Origin: an uncultured Eubacteriales bacterium
GTDB lineage: Bacteria; Actinomycetota; Coriobacteriia; Anaerosomatales; JAAXUF01
NCBI GenBank assembly: GCA_964541375.1
Contig: CAZIPT010000003.1
Coordinates: 1 to 61,777 of the forward strand
Reading direction: 5' to 3'
Length of the DNA: 61,777 nucleotides
Under the pieces are notes generated by a model. The model did not search any database, was not told where the DNA came from, and saw only the letters and a program-made list of their open reading frames with translations. Each line of letters begins with the position of its first letter. Within the stretch, counting starts at the first letter, position 1. The position numbers and the translations under genes were made by a program. Shown one piece after another: positions 54,531-61,777 of this stretch.

Positions 54531-55496
54531 CTAGTCCATGCGCACCCAGAACTTCTCGTCGCCGGTGTTGTAGATGGTTTCTATGAAGCGCACGGTCCGT
54601 GACTTCGCGTCCATGGCGACCGAATTGGTGCGTGCCCCGTTTCCGAAGTACTTCACGCCTCGGAGCATCTCGCCATCGGTGACCCCGGTGGCGATGAATG
54701 CCGCTTCATCGGTGTTGACCAAGCAGTCCATGGTTAGCACGTCGTCGATATTGCACGTGCCCATGTCGACTGCCCTGGCCTTTTCCTCTGCGCTTCTCCA
54801 CTCGAAGCGACCCATGAAGCAGCCACCGATGCACTTCATGGCCGCACACGCGAGTACGCCCTCAGGCGCGGCGCCCGTGCCCAGGTAGAGATGAATCACT
54901 GTGCCCTCGATGGCCGTGGCGACCGCACCAAAGACGTCTCCGTCAGTGATCAGCCGGATTCGGGCGCCAGCCGCTCTGACCTCGGCAATCAAATCCCGGT
55001 GCCGCTCTCGCTGCAGGATGCAGACGACCAGGTCCTCGACGTCGCGATTGAGCGCCTTGGCGACGTGCTTGATGTTCTCGGTGGGGCTCGCGTCGATGTG
55101 TACGACGTCTGCAGCCTCCGGTCCTACCGCGATCTTCTTCATGTAGGTGTCGGGTGCGTGCAGGAGCGTACCCTCAGGAGCGAACGCCAGCACGGCGAGC
55201 GAGTTCGACTGGCCGTCGGCGGTCAGGTTGGTGCCCTCCAGCGGGTCGACTGCGATGTCGATCTTCTCGCCGCCCATGCCGACCTTCTCGCCGATGTAGA
55301 GCATCGGCGCCTCATCTCGTTCACCTTCGCCGATGACGACCGTGCCGTCGATCTCCACGTCGTTGAAGGCCTTCCGCATCCCTTCAACCGCCGCGTCGTC
55401 GGCCGCGTGCTTGTCCCCCTTGCCCATCCACCGACCGGCAGCAAGCGCCGCGGCCTCGGTGACTTCGAGCATCTCGACAATACGTGTGCTGCGCAT
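54531..55496 (-). CDS. glpX: Fructose-1,6-bisphosphatase class II (GlpX)
   Basis: ORF 54531..55529- trimmed to the ATG at 55494-55496 (MRSTRIVEMLEVTEAAALAAGRWMGKGDK...), preceded by GAGGGAG. GEGERDEAPMLYIGEKVG, DPLEGTN. Confidence 0.9.
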   Translation of the reverse strand: MRSTRIVEMLEVTEAAALAAGRWMGKGDKHAADDAAVEGMRKAFNDVEIDGTVVIGEGERDEAPMLYIGEKVGMGGEKIDIAVDPLEGTNLTADGQSNSLAVLAFAPEGTLLHAPDTYMKKIAVGPEAADVVHIDASPTENIKHVAKALNRDVEDLVVCILQRERHRDLIAEVRAAGARIRLITDGDVFGAVATAIEGTVIHLYLGTGAAPEGVLACAAMKCIGGCFMGRFEWRSAEEKARAVDMGTCNIDDVLTMDCLVNTDEAAFIATGVTDGEMLRGVKYFGNGARTNSVAMDAKSRTVRFIETIYNTGDEKFWVRMD

Positions 55497-55549
55497 GAAT
55501 TCTCCCTCGTTCGAACAACCGTGGCGCATCGCCGGAGTAACCTGCCCCG

Positions 55550-56923
55550 TCAGACCCTGACCAGACGTGCCGCGAAATGACCGTCGGGTCCGTCAATCGA
55601 CGGAAGCGAACTGAAGAACCCCTCGGACGTCACAAACCCTTGCCAGACCTCGGGCACCTGCTCCGAGACCGAGTCCACAAGAAACGCACTCCCCGCTTCG
55701 CTGTCCAGGAACGCGCGAACCACAGCTGCGTTCTCCTTCTCGGCGACAGTGCACGTCGAGTACACCACGAAACCGCCGCGACGGACAAGACGCGATGCCT
55801 CAGTCAGAAGCCGCAGACCGAGCGCGGCGAGTGCATCGATGTCGGCCGGCTCGACACGCCAGCGCTTCTCGGGGTGACGACGCAGCGTGCCAAGTCCCGA
55901 GCACGGCGCGTCGACCAGTATGGCGTCGACCGTTCCCGCTTCCGGGGCGCCGTCTATCGCCGAGAAGTCCGTGGCGTCGCCTACCAGAACGCGCACTCCG
56001 GGCACGCCGTAGCGGTTAAGCCGCTCGGTTAGCAGCTGTGCCTTGAACTCGTGGGAGTCCACCGCCAAGAGCCGCGCCGGGCCGCCCGCCGACACAGCGG
56101 CGGCCTGCAGGAGCAGCGTCTTGGTGCCCCGGCCCGCGCCCACTTCGACAACCGTCGCACCTGGTGCTGCGCCGATGAGCCTCACGACCAACTGCGCACA
56201 CGCGTCGACCGCTATGACCTGTCCCTGCTGGAGTGTCTGCCCGCGTACCGCGGCACCCGCGTCTCCCACCTCCACGCAGCCTGGAAGCACCCCTGGTCGT
56301 GGTAACGCCCCATCCGACCGCAGCCCTTCGCGCGCCGCTTCGACAGTACTCGCAAACGCGTTGACGGCAAGGTAGAGCGGCGCCGCGGTATTGTCCGCCG
56401 CCATGAGCTGTTCTGCCGAGGGGCGCCCAAGCTCCTGAATCCACATGCGCGCAAGCCACTCCGGATGGGCGTGGAGTCGCGCAAGAGCACTCACGTCGGT
56501 CTCCGGGTCTCCCCAGGGGAAGCTTGGCGCGTCCTCGGCGAGTCTACGAAGCACCGCGTTCGCGAGACCCGCCGCCTGCTTGCGAACCTCCCGTACGAGC
56601 TCGACGCCCTGATGCACCGCCGCCCTCTTCTCACTCCGCAGGAAGAGGATCTCGTAGGCGGAAACCCGCAACGCGTCCGATATGCGAGGCTCAACGCGCT
56701 TGCCGCCCAGATAGCGGTTGACCGCCTCGAGCAGCGTGCCTTCCGCCTGGAGGGTGCCGTACGCCAGACGCGTGGCGAGCGCAGCGTCTGCCGGTGACAG
56801 CGAGGCCGCGCGAAGCGCCGAGTCCATGAGTTCGTGCGCGTAGGCGGATCTCTCACGTACGCGTGTCACAACTTCCCTGGCGACCTTGCGCGCTGGGCTC
56901 GCGCTCACCTGAAGCTCTCCCAT
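55550..56923 (-). CDS. rsmB: 16S rRNA (cytosine967-C5)-methyltransferase RsmB/Sun
   Basis: ORF 55550..56923-. NusB-like N-terminal domain, VDAPCSGLGTLRRHPE, YSTCT. An alternative GTG start at 56906-56908 would give a GTGA overlap with the fmt stop. Confidence 0.9.
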   Translation of the reverse strand: MGELQVSASPARKVAREVVTRVRERSAYAHELMDSALRAASLSPADAALATRLAYGTLQAEGTLLEAVNRYLGGKRVEPRISDALRVSAYEILFLRSEKRAAVHQGVELVREVRKQAAGLANAVLRRLAEDAPSFPWGDPETDVSALARLHAHPEWLARMWIQELGRPSAEQLMAADNTAAPLYLAVNAFASTVEAAREGLRSDGALPRPGVLPGCVEVGDAGAAVRGQTLQQGQVIAVDACAQLVVRLIGAAPGATVVEVGAGRGTKTLLLQAAAVSAGGPARLLAVDSHEFKAQLLTERLNRYGVPGVRVLVGDATDFSAIDGAPEAGTVDAILVDAPCSGLGTLRRHPEKRWRVEPADIDALAALGLRLLTEASRLVRRGGFVVYSTCTVAEKENAAVVRAFLDSEAGSAFLVDSVSEQVPEVWQGFVTSEGFFSSLPSIDGPDGHFAARLVRV

Positions 56924-57846
56924 ACAGCATCCACGGCAAGCCGAGCCCCACGGGCCCAGGCGACCGCATCCATCTCCGCCTTGCCATCCGGCTTCAATCG
57001 CGTGATGAGCACTCCGCCGTCGGCCGCGCCCAGAAGAACCCCCGACTCGGCCAGCAGCACGGCTCCTGGCGCGAGGCTCGGCCCAACCTCGGTCCCCGGG
57101 TCGACCTTAGTCGCCTCGACCAGGGTGACGCCCCTACCGCTGATGCGAGTCCTCGCCGGGGCAGCGGGGGTCGAGGCACGGATGCGCAGCACGTTCTGAC
57201 CCGCGTCAAGTGCCGGATCCGGCGCAACCTCAGACTTGGTGACCTTCTCGGCGTAGGTGACACCGTCCTCCGACTGCACCGTCCAAACAGCGGTGCCGTC
57301 AGCGATGCGTGGTAACGCCGACAGCAGCAAGTTCGCGCCGAGCTCGGCCAGCTCGCTAGTGAGAAGCCTCGCGCTCTTCTCAGCCACGGGAATGCTCGCC
57401 TGAGCGCAGAATGGCCCCGTATCCAGTCCCTCTTCCATGCGCATGATCGACACGCCCGCCACTGAGTCGCCCGCGAGAATCGCCCTCTGGATGGGAGCCG
57501 CTCCGCGCCAGCGGGGCAGCAGCGACGCATGCACGTTCACCGCGCCGTACCGTGCTGCGCCGAGAACGGCCGGGGGGAGGATCAGTCCGTAGGCCGCAAC
57601 ACATACGAAATCGGCGGCCAGCTCGGCCAGCTCTGAGAACACGGCTGGTTCGCGGAGCGATGCCGGCTGCCGTACGGGAAGCCCCAGCGTTTGCGCAGCG
57701 AGCTTCACCGCGGCCGGGCGGGCCGTACCGCCTCGCCCGGAAGCCGCATCAGGGCGCACGTAGACAGCGGCAACCTCATGCTCTTGAGCAAGCCGATCAA
57801 GAGACGGCACGGCGAACTCAGGTGTCCCCATGAAGATGACGCGCAC
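56905..57846 (-). CDS. fmt: Methionyl-tRNA formyltransferase
   Basis: ORF 56905..57846-, GTG start after GAGGGGGG. MRVIFMGTPEFAV, HASLLPRWRGAAPIQ. Confidence 0.93.
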   Translation of the reverse strand: MRVIFMGTPEFAVPSLDRLAQEHEVAAVYVRPDAASGRGGTARPAAVKLAAQTLGLPVRQPASLREPAVFSELAELAADFVCVAAYGLILPPAVLGAARYGAVNVHASLLPRWRGAAPIQRAILAGDSVAGVSIMRMEEGLDTGPFCAQASIPVAEKSARLLTSELAELGANLLLSALPRIADGTAVWTVQSEDGVTYAEKVTKSEVAPDPALDAGQNVLRIRASTPAAPARTRISGRGVTLVEATKVDPGTEVGPSLAPGAVLLAESGVLLGAADGGVLITRLKPDGKAEMDAVAWARGARLAVDAVWESFR

Positions 57847-57882
57847 GAGTCCCCCCTCAGGTCTCGGACTGGAGCGTTTGAT

Positions 57883-58404
57883 CTAGATGCTGGTCTGCCC
57901 CGGCTGCGCGCCCGCGAGCTGTGCCTCGAGATATCTGCGTAGAGCGGCCTTGCGCTCCTCAGGAGTGGCCCTGTCGATCATCAGGACTCCGTCGAGGTGG
58001 TCGATCTCATGCTGCAGAAGCCGAGCGTGAAGACCTTCCGCCTCAATCCGGACGATGCGTCCGGTAAGCGTCTGTGCCTCGCACGTGACTCTACACGAGC
58101 GGGAAATGGGAATGGTGATGCCTGGCAGCGAGAGGCACCCCTCGTCATCAAACTCACACTCTTCGCTGGCATCGACGATCTCAGGGTTGCATAGCGCAAC
58201 AATCCCGGGGCTATCGTCGTCCAGGTCGTAGATGATCACTCGCTTGAGAACGCCGATCTGCGGAGCAGCCAGCCCGATTCCCGGCGCGTCGTACATAGCC
58301 TGGGCCATCTTGCGGCACAGCTCCCTCAAGTCATCATCGGCCACCGGATCGACCGATTCGGCCTTCTGCTTGAGCGCAGCGTTGGGATGAGACAGGACTT
58401 CCAT
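57883..58404 (-). CDS. def: Peptide deformylase
   Basis: ORF 57883..58404-. GIGLAAPQIG, EGCLSLPG, HEIDHLDG. Confidence 0.93.
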   Translation of the reverse strand: MEVLSHPNAALKQKAESVDPVADDDLRELCRKMAQAMYDAPGIGLAAPQIGVLKRVIIYDLDDDSPGIVALCNPEIVDASEECEFDDEGCLSLPGITIPISRSCRVTCEAQTLTGRIVRIEAEGLHARLLQHEIDHLDGVLMIDRATPEERKAALRRYLEAQLAGAQPGQTSI

Positions 58405-58472
58405 GTTGGGGCGCTTCCTTCATTCGTTTCGAGATGTGCGAGAGCAACGCTACACGCCGAGGGACTGCGACT

Positions 58473-58481
58473 ATCATACCA
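58473..58481 (-). promoter_or_regulatory. Candidate extended -10 promoter element for def-fmt-rsmB
   Basis: Minus strand TGgTATGAT about 70 nt upstream of the def ATG. Confidence 0.4.
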
Positions 58482-58519
58482 GCGCTTCACCCTCGACTTC
58501 CGCACGCCCGCCACGGCGT

Positions 58520-60763
58520 CTAGAGCAGGTCCACGGGATCGATATCGATGGCATGCGTCACGCTCCGGTCTTTCGGCATGTCTCGCTCCACCGCGGCGAG
58601 CACCGGAGCAAGACCGGCGCCCAGTGGGGCCTTGACCAGCAGGTGCCATCGCCATGCGCCCTTGAGCCTCGAGATCGGGGCCGGGCTCGGCCCGAGAAGG
58701 CTCCATTCCCCTGGCAGCCGAATGGTCAGCGCATCCGACCACGCGCTCGCCATCTCGGCGACCGCGGCCTTGTCGCCCCCCCAGAACAGGATGTTCGCCA
58801 AGCGGCCGAAGGGCGGATAGCCCAGCTCCGCGCGCACCGCCTTTTCCTCCTGATAGAACACCTCCGGAGCATGCCTGGAGGCGGCCTGAATCGCTGGGTG
58901 GTCGGGCCAGTAGGTTTGCACGATCACCCGCCCGTGTCGCTCGCCACGACCGGCTCGACCAGCGACCTGCTCGAGCAGCTGATACGTGCGCTCACCGGCC
59001 CTGAAGTCCGGCAGGTGCAGGGTCGTGTCCGCGTTGATGACGCCAACGAGCGTCACTTCCGGGTAGTCCAGACCCTTCGCGATCATCTGAGTGCCTAGCA
59101 GTATTGCCGTGTCGTGCGCCTCGAACTGCGCCAGCGCGCGCTCGTGCCCTCCTTTGCCTTTGGTGGTGTCGGCATCCATGCGCACAACAGGCAGGTCTGG
59201 AAGCAGGCTTGCCAGCTCCGCCTCCACTCGCTGGGTACCTGCGCCAAACTGTCGCAAGTACGGGCTCGAGCATCGAGGGCATGTCGCGGGCACGGGGCGC
59301 GTCGCGCCGCAGTGATGGCACGCGAGTCTCGCGCCGACCTCGTGGTAGGTCAGAGAGGTCGAACACGAATCGCACTCGGGCACATAGCCGCATTCTCGGC
59401 AGAGCAGGAACGATGCGAAACCGCGGCGGTTCAGGAAGAGCACCGCCTTGTCACGGCGGCGGGCGACCTCCTCCAGTGCACCGATCAGCGGCCGAGAGAA
59501 CATCGACCGGTGGCCGTCAGCGAACTCCGCCGACATATCGACGACCGTTACCGGCGGCAAGGCCTTTCCGGTCACGCGGTCAGGCAGCGCGACGCGTGTC
59601 CACTCACCCGAATCGCACCGGGAAATCGTCTCCATCGACGGACTCGCGCTTCCCAGCACCAGCGTGGCTCCAGTAAGCTCGACCATCTTCGCTGCTACAT
59701 CTCGCGCGTGGTAACGCGGTGACGAACTCTGCTTGTAGGAAAACTCGTGCTCTTCGTCGATGACGATGAGGCCGAGGTCGTTGAACGGAGCGAACAGCGC
59801 CGACCTCGCGCCGACGACGATTCGAGCTGCTCCGGTCCGCACGAGGTCCCACTGGTCGTATCGCTCTCCGGGTGCAAGCCGAGAGTGCAGAACCGCCACG
59901 TCGTCTCCGAACCGAGAGCGGAAGCGGCCGACCGTCTGCGGCGTGAGCGAAACCTCCGGGACCAGCACGCAGGCCGACCGACCCGAAGCGACCACGTTCT
60001 CGATCGCACGTAGATAGACCTCTGTCTTGCCAGAACCGGTGACCCCTTCCACCACGACGACCGAGCCGTCGGCACGACCTTCCGCCTGAGAGATGGCTTC
60101 GAGCGCCCGCGTCTGTCCGTCGGTGAGCGCAGAGTGCCGAGGTGCCGGCCGTTCACGCACCAACGCCTCGCGTGTGCGACGGCGGCGTTCTATCGCGATA
60201 GCGCCCGCTGCCTCAAGTGCCCTCAACGACCCGGTGACCGCACCCAGATCGGCGGTGAGCTCGGCGGCCCTCACGGGGCCTTCGCTCAGCGCGTCAAGAA
60301 CCGCCCGCTGCGCCGTCGCGTTCTTTCGCGGCGCATACTCGCGCCCTGCCGACGTGATGTGGACCCACCGGTCGTCTACCGGCCCGACCCCGGCGCGGCG
60401 CAGCTCCCAAACGCCCCCGCTCTCGCGCTCGGTGCGCACAGCCTTCGGTGTGCCGCCCGGCGGAGTGAACAGTCGAAGCGCCGCCGAGAGTGGACACGCG
60501 TACTCGGCTGCGATCCACTCGGCGAGCGCGCTAGCCGAGTCCTGGAAGAACGGACCTCCCAGAACTGCGATAAGCGCCTTGAGTTTGGACCGGTCGCTAT
60601 GCGCGCTGATCCCTACCACGTAGCCCACGGCTGGCCGGTTGGCGAAGTCAACGAGAACGCACGAGCCGACCTCAACTCCGTCGATCGCCTCGGGAACGAG
60701 GTAGTCGAACGGGCGGTCAAGCTCCCGCGTGGGAATGTCCACGATGACTTGCGCGACGCGCAC
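58520..60763 (-). CDS. priA: Primosomal replication-restart helicase PriA
   Basis: ORF 58520..60763-, GTG start after GGGAGGG. MRVAQVIVDIPTRELDRPFDYLVPE, GVTGSGKTEVY, VIDEEHE, and a CxxC-rich zinc-binding insert (CRECGYVPECDSC...CHHCG...CPRC). Confidence 0.93.
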   Translation of the reverse strand: MRVAQVIVDIPTRELDRPFDYLVPEAIDGVEVGSCVLVDFANRPAVGYVVGISAHSDRSKLKALIAVLGGPFFQDSASALAEWIAAEYACPLSAALRLFTPPGGTPKAVRTERESGGVWELRRAGVGPVDDRWVHITSAGREYAPRKNATAQRAVLDALSEGPVRAAELTADLGAVTGSLRALEAAGAIAIERRRRTREALVRERPAPRHSALTDGQTRALEAISQAEGRADGSVVVVEGVTGSGKTEVYLRAIENVVASGRSACVLVPEVSLTPQTVGRFRSRFGDDVAVLHSRLAPGERYDQWDLVRTGAARIVVGARSALFAPFNDLGLIVIDEEHEFSYKQSSSPRYHARDVAAKMVELTGATLVLGSASPSMETISRCDSGEWTRVALPDRVTGKALPPVTVVDMSAEFADGHRSMFSRPLIGALEEVARRRDKAVLFLNRRGFASFLLCRECGYVPECDSCSTSLTYHEVGARLACHHCGATRPVPATCPRCSSPYLRQFGAGTQRVEAELASLLPDLPVVRMDADTTKGKGGHERALAQFEAHDTAILLGTQMIAKGLDYPEVTLVGVINADTTLHLPDFRAGERTYQLLEQVAGRAGRGERHGRVIVQTYWPDHPAIQAASRHAPEVFYQEEKAVRAELGYPPFGRLANILFWGGDKAAVAEMASAWSDALTIRLPGEWSLLGPSPAPISRLKGAWRWHLLVKAPLGAGLAPVLAAVERDMPKDRSVTHAIDIDPVDLL

Positions 60764-60803
60764 GTACCCTCCCTGTAATCAACGGCCTGCCCCAGCCAGC
60801 ATA

Positions 60804-60845
60804 CCGAAGGCCGCCGACACGATTCTTCGCGCCGACGGCCTTCGG
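60804..60845 (-). terminator. Strong hairpin downstream of metK (terminator candidate)
   Basis: Minus strand CCGAAGGCCG-22 nt-CGGCCTTCGG (10 bp perfect outer stem), followed by TATGCTGG. Confidence 0.45.
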
Positions 60846-60866
60846 GTGAGCTGCTGTTGGTCTGAA

Positions 60867-61777
60867 CTACTCCGAGAGACCCGCCGCAGCGGCGAGGGCC
60901 TCTGCACGATCGGTACGCTCCCACGTGAAGTCCTTGTCGGCGCGACCGAAGTGACCGTATGCCGATGTCTTCCGGTAGATGGGGCGACGCAGGTCCAGAT
61001 CGCGGATGATCGCACCCGGACGCAGGTCGAACGTCTTGAGAACGGCCTCCTCGATGCGCTCGACGGCGACCTTCTCGGTGCCGAACGTCTCGACCATGAC
61101 CGACAACGGGTGCGCCACGCCGATGGCGTAGGCGAGCTGGATCTCGCAGCGGTCCGCAAGACCGGCCGCGACGACGTTCTTGGCGACCCAACGTGCTGCA
61201 TAGGCGGCCGAGCGGTCGACCTTGGTGCAGTCCTTGCCGGAGAACGCGCCGCCGCCGTGGCGGCCCATGCCGCCGTAGGTGTCGACGATGATCTTGCGTC
61301 CGGTCAGACCGGTGTCTCCCATGGGGCCGCCGATAACGAAGCGACCTGTCGGGTTCACGTAGATCTCGGCATTCGAGTAGTCCAGGCCCTCTTCGTCAAA
61401 CACGGGCTTGATGCCGTGCTCGATAAGATCGGGACGCAGCAGGGTCTCGATGTCGACGCCGTCGGCGTGCTGGGTCGAGATCAGGATCTTCTCGACTGAG
61501 ACGGGCTTGTCGCCGACGTACTTCACCGTGACCTGGGTCTTCCCGTCAGGGCGCAGGTAGTCCAGAACCTCGCCCTTGCGGACCGCAGTGAGCCGCTCAG
61601 CGAGTCGGTGCGCCAGATAGATGGGCATCGGCATCAGGGTCGACGTCTCGTTGACCGCGTAACCGAACATCATGCCCTGGTCCCCGGCACCCACGAGGTC
61701 GATGGGGTCAACGCCTTCGCCATGCTGGACCTCGAACGACTCATCGACGCCCTGCGCGATGTCGGGGCTCTGCTCGT
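60867..61777 (-). CDS. metK: S-adenosylmethionine synthase, C-terminal ~302 codons (5' end beyond window end)
   Basis: The track ORF 60867..61694- starts at an internal Met, and the frame stays open to the window edge. [12 protein letters not shown], ...[10 protein letters not shown]..., [23 protein letters not shown]. Confidence 0.93.
   Translation of the reverse strand, partial: EQSPDIAQGVDESFEVQHGEGVDPIDLVGAGDQGMMFGYAVNETSTLMPMPIYLAHRLAERLTAVRKGEVLDYLRPDGKTQVTVKYVGDKPVSVEKILISTQHADGVDIETLLRPDLIEHGIKPVFDEEGLDYSNAEIYVNPTGRFVIGGPMGDTGLTGRKIIVDTYGGMGRHGGGAFSGKDCTKVDRSAAYAARWVAKNVVAAGLADRCEIQLAYAIGVAHPLSVMVETFGTEKVAVERIEEAVLKTFDLRPGAIIRDLDLRRPIYRKTSAYGHFGRADKDFTWERTDRAEALAAAAGLSE

Noticed and set aside
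61329-61336. Exact sigma-28-type -10 box GCCGATAA on the plus strand
   Set aside because: It lies inside the metK coding sequence, has no TAAA -35 at the proper 15-nt spacing, and has no plus-strand gene downstream. Most likely a chance occurrence.

Overview
GC-rich 61.8 kb segment of conserved core chromosome. I call 63 protein genes, and 60 of them are on the minus strand. I found no rRNA, tRNA, CRISPR array, IS or transposon, prophage or recognisable defence or toxin gene.

Read 5'->3' on the minus strand (61777 -> 1) the order is: metK, priA, def, fmt, rsmB, glpX, [FmdB zinc ribbon, +], PASTA protein, M23 peptidase, thiT, thiN, GAF/HD-GYP, [rpmB, +], DUF1858, asp23, fakA, fakB(DegV), recG, rsmD, coaD, coiled-coil protein, yceD, rpmF, plsX, fabH, fabK, fabD, fabG, acpP, NMO/FabK-like, fabF, rnc, smc, ftsY, lepB, ffh, rpsP, KH, rimM, trmD, lepB, rplS, rnhB, yraN, comM, dprA, trmFO, xerC, FliA/WhiG-type sigma, rpsB, tsf, pyrH, frr, uppS, cdsA, dxr, rseP, ispG, MFS, proS, [PAS-GGDEF, +], rimP, nusA.

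This order is essentially collinear with the Bacillus subtilis priA...nusA region and with Actinomycetota blocks. The GC content, FabK, TrmFO and a WhiG-like sigma suggest a high-GC Gram-positive, possibly a Coriobacteriia-like anaerobe; that is inference only.

Many ORF-track entries carry spurious N-terminal extensions. I re-set starts using conserved N-termini, Shine-Dalgarno sequences and the very frequent ATGA/GTGA stop-start overlaps.

I do not see convincing evidence of a wholly new system. The most interesting items are:
- a kinase-less membrane PASTA protein with a degenerate amidase_3-like domain, coupled to a coiled-coil catalytic M23 peptidase
- an orphan sigma-28/WhiG-type sigma factor sitting exactly where the fla/che operon ends in Bacillus
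- a second, Cys-motif-bearing NMO/FabK paralogue inside a fab operon that has no dehydratase gene
- a THI-box-like leader upstream of thiT-thiN whose pyrophosphate-sensing arm looks non-canonical
- two c-di-GMP enzymes with variant signature motifs (GSDEF, HD-GYA)

All regulatory-element calls are manual and low to moderate confidence.
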